Shown here: positions 1 to 8,852 of the stretch, piece by piece
Numbering within the stretch: position 1 is the stretch's first letter
Layout: each line of letters opens with the position of its first letter
Sequence record: NZ_CP090789.1
Source: a plasmid
Strand: one strand, 5' to 3'
Length of the DNA stretch: 64,000 bases
The notes under the pieces: model-generated
What the model was told of the DNA's origin: nothing
Databases searched by the model: none
Seen by the model: only the letters and a program-made list of their open reading frames with translations
Program-made: the position numbers and the translations under genes

Positions 1-24
1 CCAGCGCTGGTCGAGCAGGTCCTG

Positions 25-1059
25 ATGGCCAACTACGACAAGCTTGGCAGCGCGGTCTCGCCGATCGCGGTCGGCTTGGCGTCCGGCTGGCTCGGAGTAA
101 AGGTAATCAGCACATGGATTGGTCGAGAGCCGGCCGACATCTGGCCGTGGGTTCGCGCAATGCTTCTCATAACGTTTGTCTTCGCCGCGCTGAGCTGGGG
201 AGGGGTGGCAGGAAAGGTCTACCACTCCTACAACGAACTCAGGTCAGATACGACACGAGCGCTGATGGGTGGGAAAGGATTGCTCGAGTACATGGGAGAC
301 GCAAATGATGTGTTCTCCAAGGCCAGCGACGACCTTATGAAGCACTCTTGGATGGACTTGGGAATCGTATTGATAGGCGCCGTTCTGATGGTCCTGAATT
401 CGATCTTGGCAGTCCTCGTCCTCGTTCTCGGGATTTCTTCTGACGTTGGCACGGGGATAACGATGTTGCTCTTTCCCCTCTTTGTCCCCGCATTGTTCTT
501 CAACAGCACGCGTGGTAGCGCAATGGCTTGGTTTGGCGCGATGTTGAAGTTCGCGCTGGTCGGCGTTGTACTGGTGGTTTCGGTGTTCTTTGCGACCGAG
601 CTGTCGAAGGTCGGCCTCGCGAGTGTTAAGACCGCTGAACTGCAGGTTGAAGATGCGCAGATTGTGCTGGGACTCGAGATCTTCATGATCGTCTTTATAG
701 CAATCGGAGTGTGGCCGCTGGCATCTGCGTTGGCGTCGAGCCACGCGGCAGGCTCTGGAGTCGCGAGTGCCGCGATGTCGTTTGCTGGAGGGAAGCTAGG
801 TCAGGCTCTAGGCTTTGGCAAAACGGCGGCAAGCGTCGCGAAAGCGCAAGACGCAGCGTCGCAGGCGCTGACTCAGCTCGCGCAAGGTCAGGGCGAATCG
901 ACACGTGTCCTTCAGCAGATCAATGAGCAGCTTCATCGTGGTGGATTGAACGGCACGACGAGCGCTCAAGCGCTTCAATCTGGTGCCGGACAACCAGGGG
1001 GAGCGGGCGGTCAAATGGCGAGCACCGGTTCGCGTGCTCCTGCTAAACCGAAGTGGTGA
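25..1059 (+). CDS. virB6: VirB6/TrbL-like conjugal transfer inner-membrane protein (possibly 5'-partial; frame open to window start)
   Basis: Multi-TM hydrophobic protein with Gly/Ala/Gln-rich C-tail, directly upstream of virB8-virB11 in operon order; no in-frame stop before position 25. Confidence 0.65.
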   Translation: MANYDKLGSAVSPIAVGLASGWLGVKVISTWIGREPADIWPWVRAMLLITFVFAALSWGGVAGKVYHSYNELRSDTTRALMGGKGLLEYMGDANDVFSKASDDLMKHSWMDLGIVLIGAVLMVLNSILAVLVLVLGISSDVGTGITMLLFPLFVPALFFNSTRGSAMAWFGAMLKFALVGVVLVVSVFFATELSKVGLASVKTAELQVEDAQIVLGLEIFMIVFIAIGVWPLASALASSHAAGSGVASAAMSFAGGKLGQALGFGKTAASVAKAQDAASQALTQLAQGQGESTRVLQQINEQLHRGGLNGTTSAQALQSGAGQPGGAGGQMASTGSRAPAKPKW

Positions 1060-1064
1060 TTCGA

Positions 1065-1754
1065 ATGAAATTCCTAAACGGTAACAAAAAGAGATCAGAA
1101 CCACGTGGTCGCCCAATCGAAAGCCACGAGGCAATCCGCGTCTCTCGCAACCGCGCGTGGATTCTGGCGCTCGTAGCCTGGCCGGTGATGGGACTTACCG
1201 TGATTGACAACATTGTCGAACGGGCGAACAGGGAGTACGACCCGCCGCTGGTTGTGACTGTTCAAGACCACCACGTTTCGAAGGTTGAAATCGGGACGCC
1301 AGAGGTATTGAGCGCGCAAGCATCGCTAGTCGAGAGCGAGGCCGCGCGATACATGCTCGAGCGTTACACCCTTGATCCAGCGTTCCGCGAGGATCGCATG
1401 AACTACGTCCGTTTGCACTCCGTAGGAGACGTTGCAGACGTGTACAACCAGTTGATGGATCCGGGAAACAAGAAGAACCCGTACTACTCGGTTCCGGATG
1501 GTGTCGCCCGCCGTGTCAAGGACATAAGGATTCGCATCATAGACCCGGCGGCAAAGCGGGGCGAGGCGACCTTCTCGACGCTCGTTGACGGTCAAGCGGA
1601 TTCGGCCGCGGTGTACTGGCATGTGATGTTTAGCTACGACTTCGTCAAGCAGGGACTTCAGCCGAAGAATCGCTACGTAAACGGTACCGGCTACGTAATT
1701 ACCGCACTTACCGACAACACCGAGCCGGGCTTTAAAGGGCCCGCAAGTGAGTAA
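1065..1754 (+). CDS. virB8: VirB8-like type IV secretion protein
   Basis: N-terminal TM then NTF2-like periplasmic region (RYMLERYTLD..., YWHVMFSYDF); position between virB6 and virB9. Confidence 0.75.
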   Translation: MKFLNGNKKRSEPRGRPIESHEAIRVSRNRAWILALVAWPVMGLTVIDNIVERANREYDPPLVVTVQDHHVSKVEIGTPEVLSAQASLVESEAARYMLERYTLDPAFREDRMNYVRLHSVGDVADVYNQLMDPGNKKNPYYSVPDGVARRVKDIRIRIIDPAAKRGEATFSTLVDGQADSAAVYWHVMFSYDFVKQGLQPKNRYVNGTGYVITALTDNTEPGFKGPASE

Positions 1755-1770
1755 CGAGAGAGTGAGCATG

Positions 1771-2541
1771 AAAATATCCTCATATCGCAATGCTGTTGTT
1801 ACCACGGTGTTGATGGTAACGAGCGCGTCTGTGTTTGCCGCGTCGTTTCCGCGCTCCTTGGCTACTGATCCGCGGATCAAACAGCTTCAGTTCGATCCGA
1901 ACCAAGTCGTGGAAGTTGTCGGCGTGTACGGGAACGTAACGACTATCCAGTTCGCGCCGGGCGAGCGAATTCTCAACAAGGCAATCGGCGATTCGATCGC
2001 ATGGCAGACCCGGAAGTTCAGGAATCAAATTGCTATCAAACCGGTTGAAGCGGATGCTCGAACGAATATGACTGTCACGACGGATCGGAACGTGTACTAC
2101 TTCAATCTGTCGAGCACGAAAGACGCGAGCAAGGCGACTTACGCGGTCCGATTCGTGTACCCGAAAGCGGAGGACGATGATGACGGCGATTCTGACGCTG
2201 CGGCCCCGTCTGGCTTTCAACAGCCGCGGTTTGTGAATTCCGACTACTTGGTCTCGGGCAGAGAGGACGCATTCGGCCTACAGCGGGTGGCGGACGATGG
2301 TCAGTTCACGTACTTCCTGTTTGCCGCGGATAAATCTAAGCCGGCAATCTATGTCGTTGAAGAGGACGGCACCGAGGTTCTTCCTGAGATTCGCCGAGAA
2401 GGACCATACCTCGTCGTTCCGCAAATGGCCAATCGGTTCACGATCCGAGACGGTGCGACTGTTCTTTGCGTGATTCGGCGGGCCGCGCTGGTTCGAAAAA
2501 GCCGCGCTAGCGGTGCCTCAGCGTCCGGGAGCGCGCTGTGA
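1771..2541 (+). CDS. virB9: VirB9/TrbG-like type IV secretion protein
   Basis: Signal peptide; DPRIKQLQFDPNQVVEV...TTIQF...GDSIAWQ motif block typical of VirB9/CagX; RBS-like GAGAGAG upstream of ATG 1771. Confidence 0.8.
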   Translation, partial: KISSYRNAVVTTVLMVTSASVFAASFPRSLATDPRIKQLQFDPNQVVEVVGVYGNVTTIQFAPGERILNKAIGDSIAWQTRKFRNQIAIKPVEADARTNMTVTTDRNVYYFNLSSTKDASKATYAVRFVYPKAEDDDDGDSDAAAPSGFQQPRFVNSDYLVSGREDAFGLQRVADDGQFTYFLFAADKSKPAIYVVEEDGTEVLPEIRREGPYLVVPQMANRFTIRDGATVLCVIRRAALVRKSRASGASASGSAL

Positions 2542-3779
2542 ACGACGAAAGTAAAGGGGCGGCGGACCTGCCGCCGGATGACAACTCTGTTCAGGACGAT
2601 CAGGTACGGGAACGCGCTCGTGCCGCAGCTGCGCTTCGGCGCGAGTCGCTTGCGGCGAACAAGTCCCAAGGGCAGGCGAAAGCGGCTATGACGGTTGGAA
2701 CGGTTGCCTTGTTCGGACTGGTAGCGGTGTTCGCGCTCAAACGGCTGCATTCGTCGGATACCTCTTCGCCGCAACCTGCTACCAGCGTGAAGATCGATGA
2801 GAGGCCCGCGCCGGCCGCGCCGCTGAGCGAGCCGAAGGCAGCAGCCGCGGCCCCGGCCTCTTCTGCCGCGTCTTCACCGGTGGTGGCCGACACGCAGTCG
2901 GATGACCAGCTCGCGGCGGAGCGTCGTCGGCGCGAGATCGCCGCTGCGGAGGCAGAGACCGCTCGCCTCAAGGCCGAGCAAGTTCGCCAGATTCGCTTGA
3001 AGTCCGACATTTTCGACTCGGAGGGGGCTTCGGGCGGGGACTCCGACCAGCCGACAGGCGGAGACGGCGCTGGTGCCGCGGGGAACGGCGGAGAGAGGGC
3101 GGTTAACGATCCGAACTCTGCATTCGCTCGGTCGGTTGGCTCCGAGGGCATTGCGGTTGCAAAGGTGCAGAAGTTCGATCGGACCGAGTGCAAGGTCATG
3201 CCTGGCCAGATCATTGAGGCGACGCTGAGGCCACGTGCGACGTCGGATCTGCCGGGGGCTGTGACGTTCCTGGTTACGCGAGACACTTTCGGGCATCAGG
3301 GGCGTATTCCCTTGATTCCATGGGGCACCGTTATCACCGGCCGTACCAATTCCGTGGTTCGGCCGGGCCAAGAGCGAACGTTCATGCCGACTGCAACGGC
3401 GCTGCTGCCGGACGGACAAACCGTTCAGCTCGGATCAAGCGTCAGCGACCAGCTGGGGACCTCCGGCATCGATGGCGACGTTGACCGCCACGTAGGGCAG
3501 ATCATCGGGATGAGCGCAGTTCTGTCCATCCTAGGCGCGGGTGCAGCGACGGCCGGGGTCTCGTCGGACGGCGGGAACAACTCCGCTGCGATGTATCGCC
3601 AAGGCGTTCAGCAGTCGTTCGCTCAGTCATCGCAGCAGCTGCTCGGTGGTTACGCGAATATCCCTCCAACTATCACCAATCGACAGGGAACGCGGGTCCG
3701 AATTCAGGTCGAGCAAGTGCTCGATTTTTCGGAATACTGCGGCTCACACCGTGTGGGGCGAACGAATGACACTGACTAG
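2538..3779 (+). CDS. virB10: VirB10/TrbI-like type IV secretion protein
   Basis: TM, Pro/Ala-rich linker, C-terminal beta-barrel region (VTFLVTRDTFGHQGRIPLIPWGTVITGR); ATGA overlap with virB9 stop. Confidence 0.85.
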   Translation: MNDESKGAADLPPDDNSVQDDQVRERARAAAALRRESLAANKSQGQAKAAMTVGTVALFGLVAVFALKRLHSSDTSSPQPATSVKIDERPAPAAPLSEPKAAAAAPASSAASSPVVADTQSDDQLAAERRRREIAAAEAETARLKAEQVRQIRLKSDIFDSEGASGGDSDQPTGGDGAGAAGNGGERAVNDPNSAFARSVGSEGIAVAKVQKFDRTECKVMPGQIIEATLRPRATSDLPGAVTFLVTRDTFGHQGRIPLIPWGTVITGRTNSVVRPGQERTFMPTATALLPDGQTVQLGSSVSDQLGTSGIDGDVDRHVGQIIGMSAVLSILGAGAATAGVSSDGGNNSAAMYRQGVQQSFAQSSQQLLGGYANIPPTITNRQGTRVRIQVEQVLDFSEYCGSHRVGRTNDTD

Positions 3780-4014
3780 TAAGTCTGAGTTTAATCGTCC
3801 GCTTCATGCTCAACTGGACAGCGCTGTTGGAGAAGCCTTGCATGCGCGGCTGTTGGTGATGGCGGGTGTGGCGTCTGCCATTGATATGTTGGTGAGTGAA
3901 GCTCGTGTCAAGGACATCGCGCGTCGATGCTGGGTCGCGAGCGAATGTCTCGATCGGCCGATCGTCATGTTTGCCGGGGCTGTTGCGCACGGCGAGCGTG
4001 TACGGAGGAAGTGA
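3766..4014 (+). CDS. small hypothetical protein (82 aa) wedged between virB10 and virB11
   Basis: ATG 3766 overlaps the virB10 stop codon; its own stop lies 2 nt before the virB11 ATG; no recognisable domain. Confidence 0.3.
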   Translation: MTLTSKSEFNRPLHAQLDSAVGEALHARLLVMAGVASAIDMLVSEARVKDIARRCWVASECLDRPIVMFAGAVAHGERVRRK

Positions 4015-4015
4015 C

Positions 4016-5026
4016 ATGTCGACTGCGCTCTTACCAGCATGGCATAACAGGACCGGGGCCATCGCGCCACTCCTTGCAGATCCGGATATTACGGAGATCG
4101 CGATCAACGGGCCGACTAGTGTATTCGCGCTCCGACGCGGCGCTCGCCATATGGAGTCGTGCGATGTCGGAAGGATCCCCGTGGACGTACTCGAAGACAT
4201 AGCGAGGTTGGTAGCTCACGAATCGCGCCAGGCCGTCAGCGAGAAGGCGCCGCTGCTGTCTGCTTCGATCTCGTCGGGCCTTACCGGCCACTCAGACTAT
4301 CGGTTTCAGTACGTTCAGGCGCCGGCGGTACCGCACGGGACGGTCTCGATCACGATCCGGAAGCCGTCACCCTTTGACATGGACATCGACTACTGGGCAG
4401 CCTCTGGTGCGTTCGACCGCATTAACACACCGCTTCCTGAGGAAGAAGATCTGGACGCAGGGATTGCACGAGCGTTCGATGAAAGGAAGTGGCCACAGTT
4501 TCTCCGCCTTGCCATACAGGCGAAGAAAAACATTCTGATCACCGCGCCGACGAACGTTGGGAAGACTTCGTTCATCAACATGCTGTGCCGCTTGATCGGT
4601 GAGCATGAACGCATCGTCACGATTCAGGACGCCCTTGAACTCCAGCTTCGCCAGCGCAACGTCGTCCACCTAATTTTCTCGCGGGGCAACCAAGGTGTCT
4701 CGAGAGTCAGTCCCTCGGAGCTGATGGAGGCCACGCTCCGCATGACACCGGATCGGGTGATTCCAGGCGAGTTGCGCGGTGCCGAAGCATTCGTCGCATT
4801 GGAGATGCTGAACACTGGGCATGGTGGCTGGATGACGACGATGCACTCGAACAGTCCGGAGCATATGTGGGGGCGGCTTGCAGATATGGTGATGCGAGCG
4901 GGCACAACGATGCTTCGCGCCGAGATCATCGATTACGCACGCGGTCTGATCGATATCGTTATCCAGATGCATCGCTTTACCGACGGTGTACGAGGAATTC
5001 GGGAAATCTATTATGCAAAAAGGTAA
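4016..5026 (+). CDS. virB11: VirB11-like secretion ATPase
   Basis: Walker A ILITAPTNVGKTSF, conserved GELRGAEA and His-box; strong RBS GGAGGAAG before ATG 4016 (the track ORF extends upstream to 3896). Confidence 0.85.
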   Translation: MSTALLPAWHNRTGAIAPLLADPDITEIAINGPTSVFALRRGARHMESCDVGRIPVDVLEDIARLVAHESRQAVSEKAPLLSASISSGLTGHSDYRFQYVQAPAVPHGTVSITIRKPSPFDMDIDYWAASGAFDRINTPLPEEEDLDAGIARAFDERKWPQFLRLAIQAKKNILITAPTNVGKTSFINMLCRLIGEHERIVTIQDALELQLRQRNVVHLIFSRGNQGVSRVSPSELMEATLRMTPDRVIPGELRGAEAFVALEMLNTGHGGWMTTMHSNSPEHMWGRLADMVMRAGTTMLRAEIIDYARGLIDIVIQMHRFTDGVRGIREIYYAKR

Positions 5027-5753
5027 GTGGATTCTTGCGGTCGCCTTCGCTACGGCCGCGATGGCGTCGGAATCGAGCTATGCAAACACCGATAGCGACT
5101 CGGCGACGAGGGCATTCGACGTGTTGGCAAAGGTCTGCGCTCCCGACGTCCATCCGAAGCTACTCGGGCGCATCGGAACGGTCGAAAGCGGCGGGAACCC
5201 CTATGCGATCGGCGTGGTGGGTGGGCACCTTCTACGACAGCCGAGAACCAAGGCGGAAGCGTTGGCGACTGTTGCAGCGCTCGAGGCGGGTGGTTGGAAC
5301 TACAGCATGGGCCTTGTCCAGGTCAACAAATTCAATCTTGCTCGGTACGGACGCACGCCTTCAGACATGTTTGACCCGTGCCGAAACTTGAGCACGGGGT
5401 CAGCGATCCTGAAGGAGTGCTATGTAAGGGCTTCGCAGAGGTATCCGGAAAACGACGCTGCAGTTCGTGCGGCTTTGTCCTGCTACTACTCAGGCGATTT
5501 CAATCGCGGCCGGTCGTATGCGCTCAAGGTGGCGGCGTCGGCGCCGCTGTCCGATCTAAAGGACGCGCATCCCATCGGGGTGGTGTCGGACGCGAGGGCC
5601 GCCTCAGAATCCCATTCCGCCGGCGGCAAGCGCACGACGGTTGAGGGGGCGGCCGAGCCGAGGCGAGACACGTGGTTCACGACGTACGGAGATGACGATG
5701 ACGACGGCGTTGCGCCAAGTGAGCGGCGGCGTACCGAACAAGGTCGCGAATAA
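5013..5753 (+). CDS. VirB1-like lytic transglycosylase (SLT domain)
   Basis: Signal peptide; GTVESGGNPYAIGV...SMGLVQVN...YYSG motifs of family-1 lytic transglycosylases; overlaps virB11 end. Confidence 0.75.
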   Translation: MQKGKWILAVAFATAAMASESSYANTDSDSATRAFDVLAKVCAPDVHPKLLGRIGTVESGGNPYAIGVVGGHLLRQPRTKAEALATVAALEAGGWNYSMGLVQVNKFNLARYGRTPSDMFDPCRNLSTGSAILKECYVRASQRYPENDAAVRAALSCYYSGDFNRGRSYALKVAASAPLSDLKDAHPIGVVSDARAASESHSAGGKRTTVEGAAEPRRDTWFTTYGDDDDDGVAPSERRRTEQGRE

Positions 5754-5765
5754 AGAGCAGGGGAA

Positions 5766-6398
5766 ATGATGAATCGAGCACTAAACCTAGTGGTTAACGG
5801 ACTCGTCGCCGCAGCGCTTGCGCTCTCGGCCGCGGATGCAGCTGCTGATGACGACTCGTACGGATGCAAAGTGCGCTTGTGCATCTTGAATCCGAATGGT
5901 CCGTGGAACGAGAAAACGCAGTGCGCGCCGGCTATGGACCGCCTCATGGATGATCTGAGCCATGGTCGTGGCTGGCCAGGATGCGCGGGAAGCGAGATGG
6001 AGCTTCACCAGGTTTTGAGTCCGTTCGACCCGTGTCCGGAGGGTACGCACGAAGCAGGCCGCGGCGAATGGGTTGTGGAGGGCGCGCGAAAGGCTGGCAG
6101 TAGGGGAGTCGTGTTCCCAGGGCAAGCTGACCGAAGCTTCATCCTCAAGGGCAAGCCGGAGCGCTCATATGGCGGAAGCGATGGCGTGCCAGGAGTTAGG
6201 CTCGCGTGTGTCGGAAATCGCGTCGGCAATTTCGCCACGTACCTACAAGGGAGTGGTGGGACCTTCGGAAGCGGATATCGCTATGACCAGGAGGTCCTGA
6301 ACGTATACGACCGAGTTATTTGGCAGGACCCTCAGGGTCCATGGGCTGTTGATGTGTACATCAAGGGCGAATTCTTTAAGCGCGTGCATCCTCGGTAA
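5766..6398 (+). CDS. secreted Cys-containing protein, possibly TrbM-like
   Basis: Signal peptide; CKVRLCILNPNGP...C motif reminiscent of TrbM family; Gly-rich. Confidence 0.4.
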   Translation: MMNRALNLVVNGLVAAALALSAADAAADDDSYGCKVRLCILNPNGPWNEKTQCAPAMDRLMDDLSHGRGWPGCAGSEMELHQVLSPFDPCPEGTHEAGRGEWVVEGARKAGSRGVVFPGQADRSFILKGKPERSYGGSDGVPGVRLACVGNRVGNFATYLQGSGGTFGSGYRYDQEVLNVYDRVIWQDPQGPWAVDVYIKGEFFKRVHPR

Positions 6399-6988
6399 TG
6401 GCCATGACGTTTCCTACCCGTGTACTCACTTATGTCGGCGGCGCTCGGATGGTCTGGCCGGTCACTACTTTGATCGCCTTGCTCGCGTTCGGGCCTGGGG
6501 CGTACGCCGATGCGCCGACCACCCAGCCCTCCGTACAGATCGGTTTTTCCCCGGAAGGCAGTGCCGCACGCCTGGTCTTGCAAGTGATTGAGCGTGCCGA
6601 ACGCGAGATCCGCGTCATGGCGTACTCGTTTACGTCGCCAGAAATCGCGCGCGCTTTGGTGGCAGCAAAGCGACGCGGGGTTGATGTTGAGATGGTCGTC
6701 GACGCGGCCGAGAGCCGAAGTCGAGCTGGGACCGCAGCGCTTAACGTGCTGGCAAACGCAGGGATCCCGGTGCGGCTGAATGATCGATACAAGATCCAAC
6801 ACGACAAGGTGATCATTACCGATGGCAAGCATCTGGAGACTGGGTCCCTGAACTACAGCTTGGCGGGGGAGAGGTTGAACAGCGAGAACGTCATTGTTCT
6901 CTGGAACCGGCCAGAGATCGCCGCGGCATATCTCGAGCACTGGCGCTCGCGATGGAGCTCGGGGATCCCCTATAAATCGACGTACTGA
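6398..6988 (+). CDS. nuc: phospholipase-D family endonuclease (Nuc-like, HKD motif)
   Basis: Signal peptide; single HKD motif IQHDKVIITDG ... GSLNYSL; size about 190 aa as in plasmid Nuc. Confidence 0.8.
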   Translation: MAMTFPTRVLTYVGGARMVWPVTTLIALLAFGPGAYADAPTTQPSVQIGFSPEGSAARLVLQVIERAEREIRVMAYSFTSPEIARALVAAKRRGVDVEMVVDAAESRSRAGTAALNVLANAGIPVRLNDRYKIQHDKVIITDGKHLETGSLNYSLAGERLNSENVIVLWNRPEIAAAYLEHWRSRWSSGIPYKSTY

Positions 6989-7092
6989 GGTAGAATCGCG
7001 GATATCCCCAACGGGGATATTTGGCAATCTTGCGCCTGAAGGTTTCGACGCTAGCGGTCAGGTGCATCCGGGGTCCTTTGACGGGGAACAAT

Positions 7093-8850
7093 ATGTCCAT
7101 TCTTGATTCACTCAAGCTGCGCTTCGCAAGCCCGGAGCGCCTACAGGAGCTCGCGCATCGCGAAGCCGCGCTGCAGGAGCGCGTGCAAGCGTTGGCTGCG
7201 CGTGCACAGAATGTCAGCTATCGCGAAGACAAGGCGAAGACGGATCCGGAATCTGTCTATGGCGCGATTCAAGCGGATCGCGAACGCAACGCCAAGGAAG
7301 CTGAACATGCGAAAGCGGCCGACAAGATCAAGCGTGCGTACGGCCTTCAATCCGGCGATTTGATCGATACGCCGGAAATGCGTGCCGCGCTTGAACGGGA
7401 GCTCGGGCGCCTCGAGGTCGAGCAGGACGAAAGGGCGCAGCGAATTGCCGATCGTGCCTCCCTGTTGGCCGGGCTTGAACAATTGGCGGCAATCGATGCC
7501 AGCCGAGCGCGCTCTATCCTGCACGAATACAAGGAAGCGGCCGCGCAGACGTCGTACTCACGAGAAGAGATCGGGTCGATGCTCGGGGCGGCGACGGGCC
7601 GACACGGGAGCCGCGAATACGCACGCGATCTTGACGGATGGGCGCGATCAATCGCCGATCGGGAGAGGGATTTACGGCGGGAAGAAGCCTTGCTGAGTCA
7701 TCGTGAAGACGCCCTAATTGCGAAGCTTGAGCGCGAACTCCACATCGAGCCTAAGTACGAGAAGAAACTCGTAGAAATGCTTGACCGCGCACACGGACTC
7801 TACGACGTCGCGGCGGGGGCCGCTGGCAATGTCGCCACGACGAACGTGCCGCTTGCCGGCGAGCTCGGGCAGCAGGTTCAGGAGGAGAAGACCGCCGAAG
7901 TCACGCAGACGGGCCCGACAGGCACAACGTCGGCTGTTCCCGGCGACGGGAAAGGTGGAATTGCCCAGCATGACGCGGCCGCGACGAGTGTCGGTGCGGA
8001 ACCTCCGCGCGCGGTGGCCGAATACACACTCAAGGAGCTGGAGGACCCCGCGAGGCTGAAAGTCGTCGCGGGCGAGATTGCGAGGAACACGGGAAAGTCG
8101 CTTTCTGATGTCGAAGGCGGATTGCGGGACATGATTGCGAGCGTCAGCAAAGACGTCAGTCCGGAAAAGGCGCGGCTTGATGAGGGGCGTCGAATGTTTT
8201 GGGCGGCCGGCGCTCAGAGCGCGCCGGACGCTAACGCCCACGCCAAATCACGAACTGCTTCGGGCTTGGTCACCGATGTCGGTGAGAACCCGACCAAGGG
8301 GCCCGCAGCAGCGGGAAAAGCGACCCTCGATGTTCTCCCGCGGCTCGACCCAACGGCGCTCGCCGCAATAGCCGATGCGCAAGCTGCCGCGCGATCGATA
8401 CCGTCTACCGAGGTAGCGGCCGAGGACGGTGGCAAGGCGAAGCGGTCGCGAGGTGTTTCTGGATTCAAGTCACTTGGCCGGAACAAGTCGGTCTCTGCTG
8501 TTGAAGTCCAGACGCCTACGGAACTCGGGGAACCTACCGCTGGCGAAGCCAATGCAAAGCCGGTGGCGGGCAAGAAGATGGCCACCGCCGAGACGGCAGC
8601 CGATTCGCATGGCGCGCGACGCGGTGACGCAAACACTGCGGAACAGAAGGCGAACAGCGATGCAACAACTCGGTCGCAAGCGAAATTCCGGGACCTCTCG
8701 CCTGACCAAAAGGCAGAGCGGCGGGCGGAGTACATGAGCGGGTTGAGAAGAGACGCAGGCTTGACGTCGGACGGTAAGGATGTCGCCAAGGAGAAGGGGA
8801 AGGAGGTGGGAAAGCGCAAGGGAAAACAAGTTGACGGCGTCGGGCTGTAA
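7093..8850 (+). CDS. large charged coiled-coil hypothetical protein (585 aa) with basic Lys-rich C-terminus
   Basis: Long ORF, heptad-like E/R/A-rich N-half, disordered G/A/T-rich C-half ending KEKGKEVGKRKGKQVDGVGL; immediately upstream of T4CP gene. Confidence 0.55.
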   Translation: MSILDSLKLRFASPERLQELAHREAALQERVQALAARAQNVSYREDKAKTDPESVYGAIQADRERNAKEAEHAKAADKIKRAYGLQSGDLIDTPEMRAALERELGRLEVEQDERAQRIADRASLLAGLEQLAAIDASRARSILHEYKEAAAQTSYSREEIGSMLGAATGRHGSREYARDLDGWARSIADRERDLRREEALLSHREDALIAKLERELHIEPKYEKKLVEMLDRAHGLYDVAAGAAGNVATTNVPLAGELGQQVQEEKTAEVTQTGPTGTTSAVPGDGKGGIAQHDAAATSVGAEPPRAVAEYTLKELEDPARLKVVAGEIARNTGKSLSDVEGGLRDMIASVSKDVSPEKARLDEGRRMFWAAGAQSAPDANAHAKSRTASGLVTDVGENPTKGPAAAGKATLDVLPRLDPTALAAIADAQAAARSIPSTEVAAEDGGKAKRSRGVSGFKSLGRNKSVSAVEVQTPTELGEPTAGEANAKPVAGKKMATAETAADSHGARRGDANTAEQKANSDATTRSQAKFRDLSPDQKAERRAEYMSGLRRDAGLTSDGKDVAKEKGKEVGKRKGKQVDGVGL

Positions 8851-8852
8851 GC

